In this document: positions 20,109 through 30,620 of the stretch, piece after piece
Layout of the letters: every line of letters starts with the position of its first letter
Position numbering within the stretch: position 1 is the stretch's first letter
Assembly: GCA_000165345.1 (NCBI GenBank)
Contig: CM000429.1
Location: 128,001 to 192,000 of the forward strand
Length of the DNA stretch: 64,000 nt
Direction of reading: 5' to 3'
Position numbers and translations under genes: made by a program
Notes under the pieces: model-generated
Seen by the model: the letters and a program-made list of their open reading frames with translations, nothing else
Databases searched by the model: none
What the model was told of the DNA's origin: nothing

Positions 20109-23100
20109 CTAGTTTTTTCTTCTCATTCTTCTTTGTTGTTTATTTGATGGGCTTGGACTCGAACCTTTCTTATCCGAGAGGACTATTTCGCTTTCATTTC
20201 TGCTGCTTTCATCCTCTGAAGATTTTGATTCAGAAAAAATTGTTTCCAAAGCTGAACTACCATAATATTCCCTTTCAAACTTTACTGCACTGTCAAACCA
20301 TTCTTTAATTTCAAAGTAAGCCTTCTTTAAAGATCTTCTCAAATCCTTATTTTTCTCTCTAAATATTAACTTCTTCAATAATTTCATCAACTTTGTTCTT
20401 TTTGTGAAAATACTTGACTCTATGTATTCATCAGAGTAAATTAATTTGCTTAGTTCTGGATACCTCAAGCTATCTAATAAACTCATCATCTCTAAATCAA
20501 ATCTGTAACTGCCCAAGTCATACTCAAAACCTGAAATTAATCTATTATAGAAATCAAGCTTCATATCATAATAATCCAGCTTTTTAAAACCATAAATTCC
20601 GATTGGTTGCTCATCTTCACCTAGTTTAAACTTTGGTAAGTAAGTATATCCAAATCTTGACAAGATACCTCTTTCCTCTAACTCTTTAAGTTTCAAAGAA
20701 GAACTTGGTTTAACTCCACGGAAGTGTGGATAGAAATACAACTTATCAAGTACCTCTCTAACATACATCAACTTTGTCTTTTCCTCGTGAATCTTGAGTA
20801 AAATTCTCATCTTAAGCTCATCATTCTCATTTTCATCAATAATCTCATCCTCTGGCAATGCTACTCTATTTAGTACAACAGATAAGGATTTGCGGTGTCT
20901 TGAGATTTCTCTAATCAAAAAGGACTCCAACTTTAACAACTCTAACATTCTCTCCTTTCTATCAGCTACTGCAATGTATAAATCTCTAACATAGTCCTCA
21001 ATAATTGTCAAAGCTTCCTCAAATACTAACTTTACTTTGCCCTTAAAGTCTGTAGAATACTTGGAAGCCTTCTTTGACTTATCTGAGTCCTTGTCGCTCT
21101 TCTTCTTACCACCCTTAATTTCTTCTTCATCATCTCCCTCATCAGAATCCACAAAATCGCCATTCTTTGGCTCCTCTATATAATACCTTGTTGAAGCATG
21201 GTTGGTATCAATCAACTTCTTAAAGTCGGAAGCTTTCCTATCTCCACTAAAAATACCAAATGTCTCACTATCCAAAGTCTTAGATATCTCTGGATTCTTT
21301 TCAAAGTCATCGAGTTCAATTCGGGTAATATCAACATTACCAACTGCATGTGCATTTTGTAAAAGATAATCATTCAATTTCTCTAACTTGTCCAATTCAT
21401 CCAATATCTGAACTCCTATTCTCTGTCTCTTATCTAAAGACTCTAAAACCTTGGAGGTAACCTCATCTTCCAAAGAGCTAATCTCAACGTTAATCAAGCT
21501 TGAATCTCTTATCAAATCATCACAAGCATCCTCTAATTCTCTAAAGTTATCATGGCATTCCTTTCCAATCCTTTGCAACTCTTGAACATTATTTTCATGC
21601 TCATTCTCAACCACATTTTTCAATTCATCTCTATTCTCAAAGAAAGAACCAAACTTCTTATTATCTGGCTCACTTACATACTTTGAAATGTCAATTCCTG
21701 TATCTGATCCTTTTAAAGCACTTGAAACTATATTCACATTCTCCAAAAGTGCTTTTGTTCTAAGAACTGACTTAGACTTATTCAATTCATCCAATAACTT
21801 CTTCTGGGATCTAATATATTCATTTCTTTTTTCTTCATACCTTTTCAATAATTGTGCACTGCGCGCCAAGTGAGCCGTGATTTTTCCCGCCACCTCCTTT
21901 TTCTCCAAATCATCCGAAGTTTCAATATGGTCTCTATATTGAGCAAGAGTGCCTTCGAATTTATCAAAGTTTGAAACCTTGTCATCAATTGCAGAGATGA
22001 ATCTATATGGAGATGGAGCTTGAGAGTCACTAAGTTTCCATCCTGTTGTTAAGAAGTTTTCTAATAGATTTTTGTGTGGATAACTTAACTTTCCAAGGTA
22101 TCCATTTAGGTAGAAACTGTCTTTATCAGAATAATCGATATTGAATGATAAATCAGTAGCTAAATGATGAATTTTAGCAACACCATCAAAGTTTTCAACT
22201 AATTTAAATCCTGTTGCAGAAACTGGGAGTATTTTTTCATTATTTTTCTCTTTTAAGTAGATAGTTTTGGGAATAAAGAAAAGAGAATTTCCAAATTTGT
22301 TGAATAAAAATTCCCTATAAACTTCAGTATTTGTTCCAACATCTCCTCCTTGTTCTCCAAGACGTTGTTTGAAGTACTTTTCTTCTTCTTTTACATCAGC
22401 ATCTGTATATAGGTTTTCAAATATAAGTGTATGTAATGATAGCATTTGTCCAACAGTCATATTATTAATATCTACCAATGTATAATCATCGATTCTGTCA
22501 ATTACTCTCTTTTGGGAAGAAGTGGAGTATTCTGATCTCTCGAAAAGTAACTGAGAGGGAGACTTAATGTTGTTATATTTGTTAACTCTGGTTAACTTAT
22601 GGAAAGTAGTTGATGATGAATCTTGGTTATTTTCTGACTCTTTTTCGTCAATATTTAAGCTTCCAGTTCCAATAGAATTATATCTATTACCATGATCACT
22701 TCCAGTAATTAATTCATCAAACTGTTCTCCAATATCACTACCATCAGATCTGGTGTTATATCTATCGCCTTTATAGATTAACCTACCATGATTGTCATAT
22801 ACATCTTCTCCTTTAACAATCTTTTCATATGCATTAGTCATGTTAATAATAGAAGACTTCGAAATAGTATCAGTCCAAGCTCTACCTTCAATTGGATCAT
22901 AAGGAGATGGTAAAGAATTATCGAAAGGATCAAAGTTATCAAGAATCAGATTATCGTTGAATAATCCATCATTGACAAAGTTTGTAGCATTTGCAAATCT
23001 GTCAATTGGAGTACCAGACTTATATTTCTCATATTCATCCTTAAGAGCATCTCTGAGGAAATAAGAAATCTCAATACTTTTGGAAATTGGGTCACTGCTA

Positions 23101-23927
23101 GCTTCTCCTGAGACAAAACCAAGCTTGTAAGCTTCTCTTTCTCTAAGTTTAATAGAGTATAAGAGGAATTCCTTTTCAGTCATAACTGGACCAAGTGGAT
23201 TCTTTTCAAGATATTTACGACGATACTCATTATATACCTTTCTAAGTTTGTCATTACTTTTTCCAAGCATTTCCCAAGCTTTGAGATAGGCAGCATCAAT
23301 TTCTTCTTTAGAAGCATTAATTGGAACACGTGGCATGTGTTTGAGAGCTTCTTCAGGATCAAAGTCAAATTTGTCCATATCATCAAATAATAAGTACTTT
23401 GGTAAGACTCCATCAGCTTTTTTAGTGGTTTCAACGCCAAATAGAGACTTCATTTCTGTATCAGTAGCATTGAGTTCTTTCTTGACGTAATCCATAAAGT
23501 GTTTCTTCATCTTTTTCACCTCACCTAGAGTTGGTACTTGTCCTGTAACATTAAATACATGTTCTCTGAAAGATTCTCTCATCATTCTTATGCGAGCTTC
23601 AGGAGGAAGTGGAGCTAAAGAATCCTTAGTTAAAGTACGTTCTGGTTCGTAAGCATATGGATATTCTTTATACTTAGAACCAAAAGCTCTATCCTTAGCA
23701 TCTCCCTTTTCATAATCTCTCAATCCCGGAATAGTTCTTCCATAATAACCTCCTCCAATTGCACCAATCTTAACAACTTTCTCGCTATCTGCTGGACCTT
23801 CCTTTCCCCAACGATTAGTTGCAATATGTTCCAATGGAACAGTCTCCATTGGAAAATAATAGTCGTAACTCATTGCCAGCTCAAAAAGCATTGGCAAGAT
23901 TACTGCCAACTTACGTTTTGATAACAT
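20109..23927 (-). CDS. Large (1272 aa) hypothetical secreted protein with an N-terminal signal peptide
   Basis: 3.8-kb uninterrupted ORF with an ATG at 23925-23927. MLSKRKLAVILPMLFELAMS reads as a signal peptide. The protein is mixed charge and contains an acidic/lysine patch (GDDEEEIKGGKKKSDKDSDKSKK). No known domain was recognised. Confidence 0.7.
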   Translation of the reverse strand: MLSKRKLAVILPMLFELAMSYDYYFPMETVPLEHIATNRWGKEGPADSEKVVKIGAIGGGYYGRTIPGLRDYEKGDAKDRAFGSKYKEYPYAYEPERTLTKDSLAPLPPEARIRMMRESFREHVFNVTGQVPTLGEVKKMKKHFMDYVKKELNATDTEMKSLFGVETTKKADGVLPKYLLFDDMDKFDFDPEEALKHMPRVPINASKEEIDAAYLKAWEMLGKSNDKLRKVYNEYRRKYLEKNPLGPVMTEKEFLLYSIKLREREAYKLGFVSGEASSDPISKSIEISYFLRDALKDEYEKYKSGTPIDRFANATNFVNDGLFNDNLILDNFDPFDNSLPSPYDPIEGRAWTDTISKSSIINMTNAYEKIVKGEDVYDNHGRLIYKGDRYNTRSDGSDIGEQFDELITGSDHGNRYNSIGTGSLNIDEKESENNQDSSSTTFHKLTRVNKYNNIKSPSQLLFERSEYSTSSQKRVIDRIDDYTLVDINNMTVGQMLSLHTLIFENLYTDADVKEEEKYFKQRLGEQGGDVGTNTEVYREFLFNKFGNSLFFIPKTIYLKEKNNEKILPVSATGFKLVENFDGVAKIHHLATDLSFNIDYSDKDSFYLNGYLGKLSYPHKNLLENFLTTGWKLSDSQAPSPYRFISAIDDKVSNFDKFEGTLAQYRDHIETSDDLEKKEVAGKITAHLARSAQLLKRYEEKRNEYIRSQKKLLDELNKSKSVLRTKALLENVNIVSSALKGSDTGIDISKYVSEPDNKKFGSFFENRDELKNVVENEHENNVQELQRIGKECHDNFRELEDACDDLIRDSSLINVEISSLEDEVTSKVLESLDKRQRIGVQILDELDKLEKLNDYLLQNAHAVGNVDITRIELDDFEKNPEISKTLDSETFGIFSGDRKASDFKKLIDTNHASTRYYIEEPKNGDFVDSDEGDDEEEIKGGKKKSDKDSDKSKKASKYSTDFKGKVKLVFEEALTIIEDYVRDLYIAVADRKERMLELLKLESFLIREISRHRKSLSVVLNRVALPEDEIIDENENDELKMRILLKIHEEKTKLMYVREVLDKLYFYPHFRGVKPSSSLKLKELEERGILSRFGYTYLPKFKLGEDEQPIGIYGFKKLDYYDMKLDFYNRLISGFEYDLGSYRFDLEMMSLLDSLRYPELSKLIYSDEYIESSIFTKRTKLMKLLKKLIFREKNKDLRRSLKKAYFEIKEWFDSAVKFEREYYGSSALETIFSESKSSEDESSRNESEIVLSDKKGSSPSPSNKQQRRMRRKN

Positions 23928-24424
23928 TTCTGTTTTCTATAAAGTTGGATGTAATTCTAAAAAAATGAATAAACCTGTTTGCTTATATTTCAAAAAAAAA
24001 AATTAACAAATCTAATAAATGCATGAATTTGAAATACAAAAATCAGCGAATTTACTTGCAAGCCTCTCAATTATAGTCAAATCCATTTAGATACCTCTAG
24101 ATACTCTCCTTTATATCCTTTTACCACTATCAATAGACTTGTTATGAATGTAAATATCCATTGATTTTAATTATCATGACGTATATTTTTACCGCCAATA
24201 AGTCTCAGTGACATATTAAAAGTGTATTGTCAAAATAATAGTGAATTTAGCCATTAAGTGTAAAATTGTGCCTTTAATTTAATAAGTGAAATAATAGAAA
24301 CTAATATAATAAATTGCTTTTAAAATTTGGTTTTAACCATGATATTCATTCTTACTTTCTTTTTCTCTCTTTATTTGAAAACTTTCCTTTCACTTGACAA
24401 TTTTTGATATTAATTGATTTGGTA

Positions 24425-24580
24425 CCGTGTTTCCCGCCAATATGTGGCGGTTTCTGCATGGCCAATGGATGGCTTTGCGATTTTGAATATTTTGGGCGGG
24501 GCATTGGAGTTAACAAAGTAAAATAAAAAAGGTAAAAAAACTGGGAGGTAAAAAGTTTGCATGTGCATGCGTACATTGGA
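24425..24580. promoter_or_regulatory. Promoter motif cluster upstream of the 1272-aa secreted-protein gene: TTTCCCGCCAATATGTGGCGG, TTTTGGGCGGGG, TGCATGTGCATGCGTACA
   Basis: It lies 500-650 nt upstream of the ATG at 23927 on the reverse strand. E2F-like sites sit at 24430-24438 and 24491-24501. GCATGC-type repeats sit at 24556-24575. Confidence 0.4.
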
Positions 24581-24852
24581 ATTGGAACAATAGTTATTAA
24601 ACATAAGATAGTAAAGAGGGTGGCTGTAGTTTAATACAAAATTACTTTTTATATAAATGCATGAATAGAAATAAGTAATAGAAAAGAGAGTCGAATAAAA
24701 CTTTATAAATGATTAACATAATTCAAAAATACATTAGTTATCGTTAAAATATATTTAAATTTGTAAGCTTGGGCTTGATAATAAGGCCCATTAATTATAA
24801 TAGTTTATAATAAGAATTACCATAAAATATACATTTATCATAAAAGGAAATC

Positions 24853-24933
24853 TGACAGGGACGGGATTCGAACCCGCGCAGTTACCTATAGGTGCCTAAA
24901 ACCTACCCCTTAGACCAACTCGGGCACCCTGCC
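24853..24933 (-). tRNA. tRNA-Leu (anticodon UAG), type II with a long variable arm, 81 nt, no encoded CCA
   Basis: The reverse complement reads GGCAGGGTGCCCGAGTTGGTCTAAGGGGTAGGTTTTAGGCACCTATAGGTAACTGCGCGGGTTCGAATCCCGTCCCTGTCA. The acceptor stem is GGCAGGG/CCCTGTC with one G-U pair. The D-loop AGTTGGTCTAAG is typical of Leu/Ser tRNAs. The anticodon stem TAGGT/ACCTA encloses loop TTTAGGC (U33, anticodon UAG, G37). A long variable arm and a GGTTCGAATCC T-arm complete it. Confidence 0.85.
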
Positions 24934-25237
24934 TAATAATTGTCGTGTTGAATAAGGTCAGAGATGAGATAAGATAGAAATTTAATTGTTTTTGTTGAGA
25001 AGATTTTGTGATGGTTAATTTTGAAATTTTAGATTTTAGGATGATATTATTCTCGAGTATTAATATAGTTTTTTTTAACAGTAAGTAGAGATGATAGTAA
25101 ATTTTATCTTTTAATTAGACAATTTGAATGGTACCATAATTTCTGAAAAGATTTTAGGATAATAGATAATGTAAGTTAGTCCCTTCGCCAGAACGCACCA
25201 CAACCCCTCCAGATAAGCAATAAATAATAGTATTATA

Positions 25238-28200
25238 TTACTCATTCTCCAAGATTTGAGATATAGAGATAGAGAGATCTGGTGTTAAGAATCTCCAATA
25301 ATTTGTTTTATAATCAAACAAGAAAAGATAGAGTGAATTACTGAGGGAAAGTCCATAAAGTTCATTTGCTGCAACTACTGCTAAGCAGTCAAAATCTTTA
25401 TGATTAATTTTCTTAGTCATAGATTTATCGAAGAACTTTTCCAATATTGAGGGGATCCTTTTGCAGAGATTTTCAGCCTTAGTTTCAATAGATCCTGGAT
25501 CATTTGATTTGGCAATTAAATCTTGACTAGTTTCAATAATGAAAGGTCTCTCCAATTGTTCTGGAATCATTCCATCTTTAATAACATCCTGAGTGAAGTG
25601 CTGTTTTAACCAAAAATTGGTAGTATTTAACTTTTTATCTTTTTTATAATGTTCTTGAGTTATTTCAGTGGGAAACAATTTAATTAGATAGCGCTTCAAG
25701 TTTGTAGTAATATCTTTAGTAGTCAAACCAATAGATTTTAAAGCTGTGAAACTACCTCCTCCCAACATTGCAGCTATTTTTTTAATAGCTTTCTCCATAT
25801 CTATATTATCAAATTCGGTTGTTCCTTGATGAAAATGTATAGAAGATTTAACTATTTCATTGATTTCATCAAAAGAGTTCTCAATTACTGCCTTATCAGC
25901 AAATTTGTATCTTAAAGCTGCATAACTTTGAATGAAATAAACAATTATCTTTGACAGATTTTTGTATTCTTCTTCAACATTTAAGTATTGATCTTGATTT
26001 CCTTTTATTTGATCACTTGAAGCTAAATCTTCTTTGGATGATTTTTTATCAAATCCAAAGAACTTTTTTGTGTTCGCAAATAATGTTGATAACTTATTTT
26101 CAAATATCTTTGAAAATTTCTTTTTGATTGGCTTTTCTTTATCTGAGAAACGTGTATCACCCTCTTCTGAGTGCTCTTTAGTTTCCTCTTCTGAAGGATC
26201 ATCATCTTCTTTTGGCAAATATTTACTTGAATTAGAAGGTTCAGTTTTTGAAGTCTCTCCTGTTGGTTCATAATGGAATTTATTCTCTTCTCGATAACTC
26301 GGTACAGAATAATTTTCTAAATCTTCATTTTCTGGAAGAGATGTTGTCTCATATTGAGATCCTAATCCATTATCAATTTTTTTAACACTTTTCTCACTAA
26401 TATCTTGAGAAATTTGATCATTTTTATTAATAATATCTTCATTCTCTTTTAGCTTAAAAGAATCCTCACTATTGAACGATTCATCTGCAAGTGGAATATC
26501 TTCAAATAAATTTACCATCACTGTAGTTTCCGGAGAAACATCTGCGCTTGGTTCTTTTTTTGGAGTTTGTTCAGATAAATCCATTTTTTCTTTTTCCTTA
26601 ACTTCTTCCTTTAAACTTGTTGAAGTTTCACTTTTTTCTGGTTCAACTTCATTATTCTTCTCTAAATTATTTAACTTTTCTTCTAACTTACTTTGTTCAG
26701 GAGAAGGAAGAGAAGGCTCTCCTCCAAGCTTCTTAGGCTCATTTAAATCCTCAAAAGACTTTTCAAATAGAGTATCTATTCCAAATCTTTCAGAAAATTC
26801 GCTATTTTCTTGCTCATCTTTAATAGGAGATCCAAAGTTAAGCAAGTTAAATGGAGAATCACTGCTTTTCTCAACATCATCCAAAGTAGATTCTGATGAA
26901 GAAATATCATTTTCCGAAGATTTGGCTTTGGATTCTTCGCTAGCATGAACTTCAGGTTCCTTTTTAAACGATTCCAATAATTCTTTTGCTTTGTTTAAAA
27001 TTCCGGATCGTTTTTCTTTTCCTTTATTATTTTTTTTCTTTTTACTCTTTCTTTTCTTATTTTTCCCCTTCTTTTTACCTATAATTGATTTCTCATCCAA
27101 TTCTGATTTTTTAGAAGAATCTCCTGCTTTTGAGTCTTCAGTTTCGCTTCCAATATTATACATTTCCGAAATTTCTTTGCTACTCTTACTGAGTTCCCCA
27201 TTACTTTGACTTTTTTCTCCCTTGAATATTCCCATTTCCTTTGCTCTTTCACGATTTCTAATGAGCTCATCTTCAAAAATAGGTTCAATTTCACTTTTTT
27301 CTGGACTAATTGTTCTCTTTTTTGATAAATGAATTAACTTGTTTGCTGTATCGTTAAGATTGCCGTCCCAATGTTGTCTCATGGCTTCTCTTATTTCCAC
27401 ATCAAATAAATCCTTTTTCAACAAGTAACCATTAGCAATGGTTTGCCCATTGAAGATTTCTCTTTCTATTTGATTAAATATCGTCCAAATATCATAAACT
27501 ATATGAATTTTTTCATCTTCAGTTGTAGAATCTGAGAACTGGCTTCCAAATCCGCTTCCCATAAATATATCCAAAATAACTTCTGGTAAACCTTCTGAAA
27601 TAGAAATTTCAGTTTTGAAAAACTCAATGACTGAAGGGTTATTACAATATTCTTCTAATATTGAAAATTTAATCCCAAGTCTCGCCAAATAATCATTTAC
27701 AAATATATTAAACCATTTGATTCTTAATTTAACAAACGTTTCAAGCTGAGAATTTGGATCTATTTCTATTGCTTGACTTTTCTCGCCTTTAATACTTTTC
27801 GATAAAATTTCTCCACTTTGGCTATTATCAATAGCTACCACACTATTCTCATACTGTTTTTTATTTGTCTTAGATACTGATCTTGAAATACTAGATTCTT
27901 CAAAAGTATCAGGAACTTCTAATGATGAGGAATTTATCGAAGAATTTGATAAATCATTTGAAGTAAATTCTTGCGACTTAGTATATTCTTTATCGTTATT
28001 CTTACTCATAATAGAATTATCTCCTTTTGAATCTCGTTGGAAATTTATAGATTCTCTATAATATTTCATCGTATCCAAAGCATTTTCAACTCCAAGCCCA
28101 TTCAAATAAGAGTAATATTTAGAGTCCAACTCAGAATCCATATTCTGCAAATAGTATCTTTCTAAACCATTAAAGAAAGCATTTAAAGACTCTAAGACTA

Positions 28201-29059
28201 ACATTTTTCTCATTTCCTCACTCATATTTGTAGTTGTAATTGATGTGAGAATACCACTAGCCAAGAAAACCCTCCAAATTGAGTTTGGAAGTACTTCAAT
28301 ATTTAATTCCTTTTCCCTTGATGGCCAGTTGGAATTGAAAAAATCAAAGTTTTCTGGACTATACATTGCCTCTTCATTAATATTTAATGGGAGTCCTTTT
28401 CTTGCCAAGTAATCCATGCTGAATTCCTTGAACATGAACATTCTCATCTTAATACCATCATTATTTTTAGATATATCCAAATCATCTAATAGTGATGAAT
28501 CCTCAAAATCTGATATTTCTTCATCATTTTTATTTATTAATTCTGTGTGCGCATGTGGATGACTATTCCCATGCAAAGGAAATACATACTCCGGTATAAT
28601 GGTTGGCTCATTAACCACATGCATGCCAATATTGTCAGTTTTCTGGCTGGCTTTGGCGCCATCGCTCGTTATTAAAAGGTCATTAAGCGCAGAAATAATT
28701 TGTTCATCTTTTTCTGCAACATCTTTTGCTTCATTAACAAGTTGGGAGAATTCTTCATAGTCTTTGGGAATTAAAATATTGTTGTCCCATATATCATTTT
28801 CTATTTCGAATAAATTTCTTGGGCTGTCACAGAACTCTGAATCCGATGGGATTATTAGCGGAATGAGCCTATGACCTTTATGGACCATTAGGATTCCCCT
28901 TCCAGGGATTTCCAAACCATCAAAAGGAGGATCAAAGCAAGAAATTAAATTTGAACCTTCCTCATAATTTCTACCTATTTCTTCTGAATAGCATATTTGG
29001 AACGTTGAATACAATAAAATTAAGCTAAATATTAAATTGAAACCTGATTTTTCAAACAT
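25238..29059 (-). CDS. Large (1273 aa) hypothetical secreted protein: signal peptide, His-rich stretch, long acidic Ser/Glu/Lys-rich low-complexity middle with a poly-Lys patch
   Basis: 3.8-kb uninterrupted ORF with an ATG at 29057-29059. MFEKSGFNLIFSLILLYSTFQICYS reads as a signal peptide. It contains HGNSHPHAHTE, KKKGKNKKRKSKKKKNNKGKEKRS and extended E/S/K-rich tracts. No known domain was recognised. Confidence 0.7.
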   Translation of the reverse strand: MFEKSGFNLIFSLILLYSTFQICYSEEIGRNYEEGSNLISCFDPPFDGLEIPGRGILMVHKGHRLIPLIIPSDSEFCDSPRNLFEIENDIWDNNILIPKDYEEFSQLVNEAKDVAEKDEQIISALNDLLITSDGAKASQKTDNIGMHVVNEPTIIPEYVFPLHGNSHPHAHTELINKNDEEISDFEDSSLLDDLDISKNNDGIKMRMFMFKEFSMDYLARKGLPLNINEEAMYSPENFDFFNSNWPSREKELNIEVLPNSIWRVFLASGILTSITTTNMSEEMRKMLVLESLNAFFNGLERYYLQNMDSELDSKYYSYLNGLGVENALDTMKYYRESINFQRDSKGDNSIMSKNNDKEYTKSQEFTSNDLSNSSINSSSLEVPDTFEESSISRSVSKTNKKQYENSVVAIDNSQSGEILSKSIKGEKSQAIEIDPNSQLETFVKLRIKWFNIFVNDYLARLGIKFSILEEYCNNPSVIEFFKTEISISEGLPEVILDIFMGSGFGSQFSDSTTEDEKIHIVYDIWTIFNQIEREIFNGQTIANGYLLKKDLFDVEIREAMRQHWDGNLNDTANKLIHLSKKRTISPEKSEIEPIFEDELIRNRERAKEMGIFKGEKSQSNGELSKSSKEISEMYNIGSETEDSKAGDSSKKSELDEKSIIGKKKGKNKKRKSKKKKNNKGKEKRSGILNKAKELLESFKKEPEVHASEESKAKSSENDISSSESTLDDVEKSSDSPFNLLNFGSPIKDEQENSEFSERFGIDTLFEKSFEDLNEPKKLGGEPSLPSPEQSKLEEKLNNLEKNNEVEPEKSETSTSLKEEVKEKEKMDLSEQTPKKEPSADVSPETTVMVNLFEDIPLADESFNSEDSFKLKENEDIINKNDQISQDISEKSVKKIDNGLGSQYETTSLPENEDLENYSVPSYREENKFHYEPTGETSKTEPSNSSKYLPKEDDDPSEEETKEHSEEGDTRFSDKEKPIKKKFSKIFENKLSTLFANTKKFFGFDKKSSKEDLASSDQIKGNQDQYLNVEEEYKNLSKIIVYFIQSYAALRYKFADKAVIENSFDEINEIVKSSIHFHQGTTEFDNIDMEKAIKKIAAMLGGGSFTALKSIGLTTKDITTNLKRYLIKLFPTEITQEHYKKDKKLNTTNFWLKQHFTQDVIKDGMIPEQLERPFIIETSQDLIAKSNDPGSIETKAENLCKRIPSILEKFFDKSMTKKINHKDFDCLAVVAANELYGLSLSNSLYLFLFDYKTNYWRFLTPDLSISISQILENE

Positions 29060-29603
29060 TGTTTTTCATTTCTTATAAATTCTTTTTAAATTAAAAGATA
29101 TTCTCAGAGTTTTCATATATATGGAAAGCTTTACTTGACAAAGAGAGTTTACGTTTGACCGATTCTTCCTGTTTGTTTTTTATTTTTTGGATTTCTGAGA
29201 TATTAATGTCAAAATAACTATACCGCCCTCCCTTGTGTGTTAGACATGCACACAAATAATTAAAAAAAAAAAAAATAAAGTAAATCACAGCTGACACCAA
29301 AATGTTTGTTCTTCTTTAAACTTAAACGTCGCATTCTAGCTTAATTTAAGATCACAATCTTTGCTGTAATGTACTTGAGTAGTCGGTAGGCTCAAATAAC
29401 CTTGGAGTGATTACTAAAGACAATTTACACACACACGAAAACTATAATTTAAGAATCTTAAACGAAAAAAAAAATCATCTAGAAAGATAACATAGATTTT
29501 ATCTGCCCAAAGTTTTATATTATTTTTAGAAAAGGATAAATTATGTTTTGATGTATTTTAATCGAAATTTTATATGAATGCCAACAATCCAATTCTTTGA
29601 CGC

Positions 29604-30620
29604 TTAGAAAATGAGCGTTGATAACAAAACAAAAATGACTGGTATGTAAAGACTGGTCGAGACCTTAAAAGCAAAAGATGAATCATTTTTTCCAGAATCA
29701 TTTCCTGCATCTTTCATAATAGTTTCGTTGTGTGGGACAATATCATCAATTTCTTTGGTTTTATCATCTTCTGTTTCCTTGACAGAACTTTTTGTCTTAT
29801 TTTCAATATTTTTCGTATCAGGTTCAGTTTCTTTGGAATTCATTATTTCAATGGGCTCTGAAGTTGTAGTTGTACTGCTACTTGAAGTTGGTTTTGTGAG
29901 TAAATCAATGAACTTTTGACAAATTGAAGAATCTGGCTGGACATCGCATGGGCAACCGGGGTTCTTGTTATTTTTGTAACAACTACAGATGAGAGCATCC
30001 TCATCAGTGATTTGTTGATCTGCTGAGCATGGACAACCTTCCGATTCGGGATCTGTCACACATTTGTCCTGAATTGAACTTTCCTCAATAGAAATTGGAG
30101 TTAATCTTCTACAAGACTTTAATGTTACACAATGCTCGGAAAGCTCAGAATCTCCACTACATAAGCCTTCTTCCCCTAATGGATTTAAGAAGGAAGTACA
30201 ATTTGCATATGGGGTTACGTAAGTTAGTGGTGAAACAATGCACATTCTATCATGTTCTTCGTCCAAGCTGCTTAATCCACTTAAACATTTACATTCATCA
30301 GAGTCAGGTTTTGAGCAGAAGCAAGGAGGACTAGAAAATCCACTTTGTTGTGAGTCATAGCATGAACAATCTGATGGCAAGAAGTCGTAAAATGTTGGAC
30401 GAGTTTCTAATAGAGGATCACAAGGACATCCTGGGATTTGGGGAATTAAAGCACATAATAAGATGAAATTTGGTACTTTTGTGACTTCAGTATTACTATC
30501 TGAGTCTGCAATCCCGTTATCATCCTTATTTTGATGGCCCTCTTCAGATTCGAGTATTACATCTTGAGCTGTTGCTCTAAAGATAAGTTCAAAAAGAAAT
30601 AGAATGGCAAGTAATTTCAT
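29604..30620 (-). CDS. Cysteine-rich secreted surface protein (338 aa): signal peptide, Cys-rich ectodomain with a thrice-repeated GCPCD/GCPCS motif, Thr/Ser-rich mucin-like stalk, C-terminal hydrophobic tail resembling a GPI-anchor signal
   Basis: ATG at 30618-30620 with signal peptide MKLLAILFLFELIFRATAQ. About 30 Cys residues are present, including PGCPCDP, EGCPCSA and PGCPCDV. A stalk (TSSSSTTTTSEP) is followed by a C-terminal ...SSFAFKVSTSLYIPVIFVLLSTLIF tail, a small-residue omega-like region plus hydrophobic stretch. Confidence 0.7.
   Translation of the reverse strand: MKLLAILFLFELIFRATAQDVILESEEGHQNKDDNGIADSDSNTEVTKVPNFILLCALIPQIPGCPCDPLLETRPTFYDFLPSDCSCYDSQQSGFSSPPCFCSKPDSDECKCLSGLSSLDEEHDRMCIVSPLTYVTPYANCTSFLNPLGEEGLCSGDSELSEHCVTLKSCRRLTPISIEESSIQDKCVTDPESEGCPCSADQQITDEDALICSCYKNNKNPGCPCDVQPDSSICQKFIDLLTKPTSSSSTTTTSEPIEIMNSKETEPDTKNIENKTKSSVKETEDDKTKEIDDIVPHNETIMKDAGNDSGKNDSSFAFKVSTSLYIPVIFVLLSTLIF

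Noticed and set aside
24352-24604. Two overlapping reverse-strand small ORFs (74 and 64 aa)
   Set aside because: They lie within the E2F-like / GCATGC promoter cluster upstream of the gene at 23927 and are judged regulatory DNA rather than coding.
20109-29059. Idea that the two adjacent genes of 1272 and 1273 aa are tandem paralogues
   Set aside because: Apart from near-identical length and a shared signal peptide, I could find no alignable blocks by eye, so the length match is probably coincidence. Only a sensitive profile comparison could revive this.
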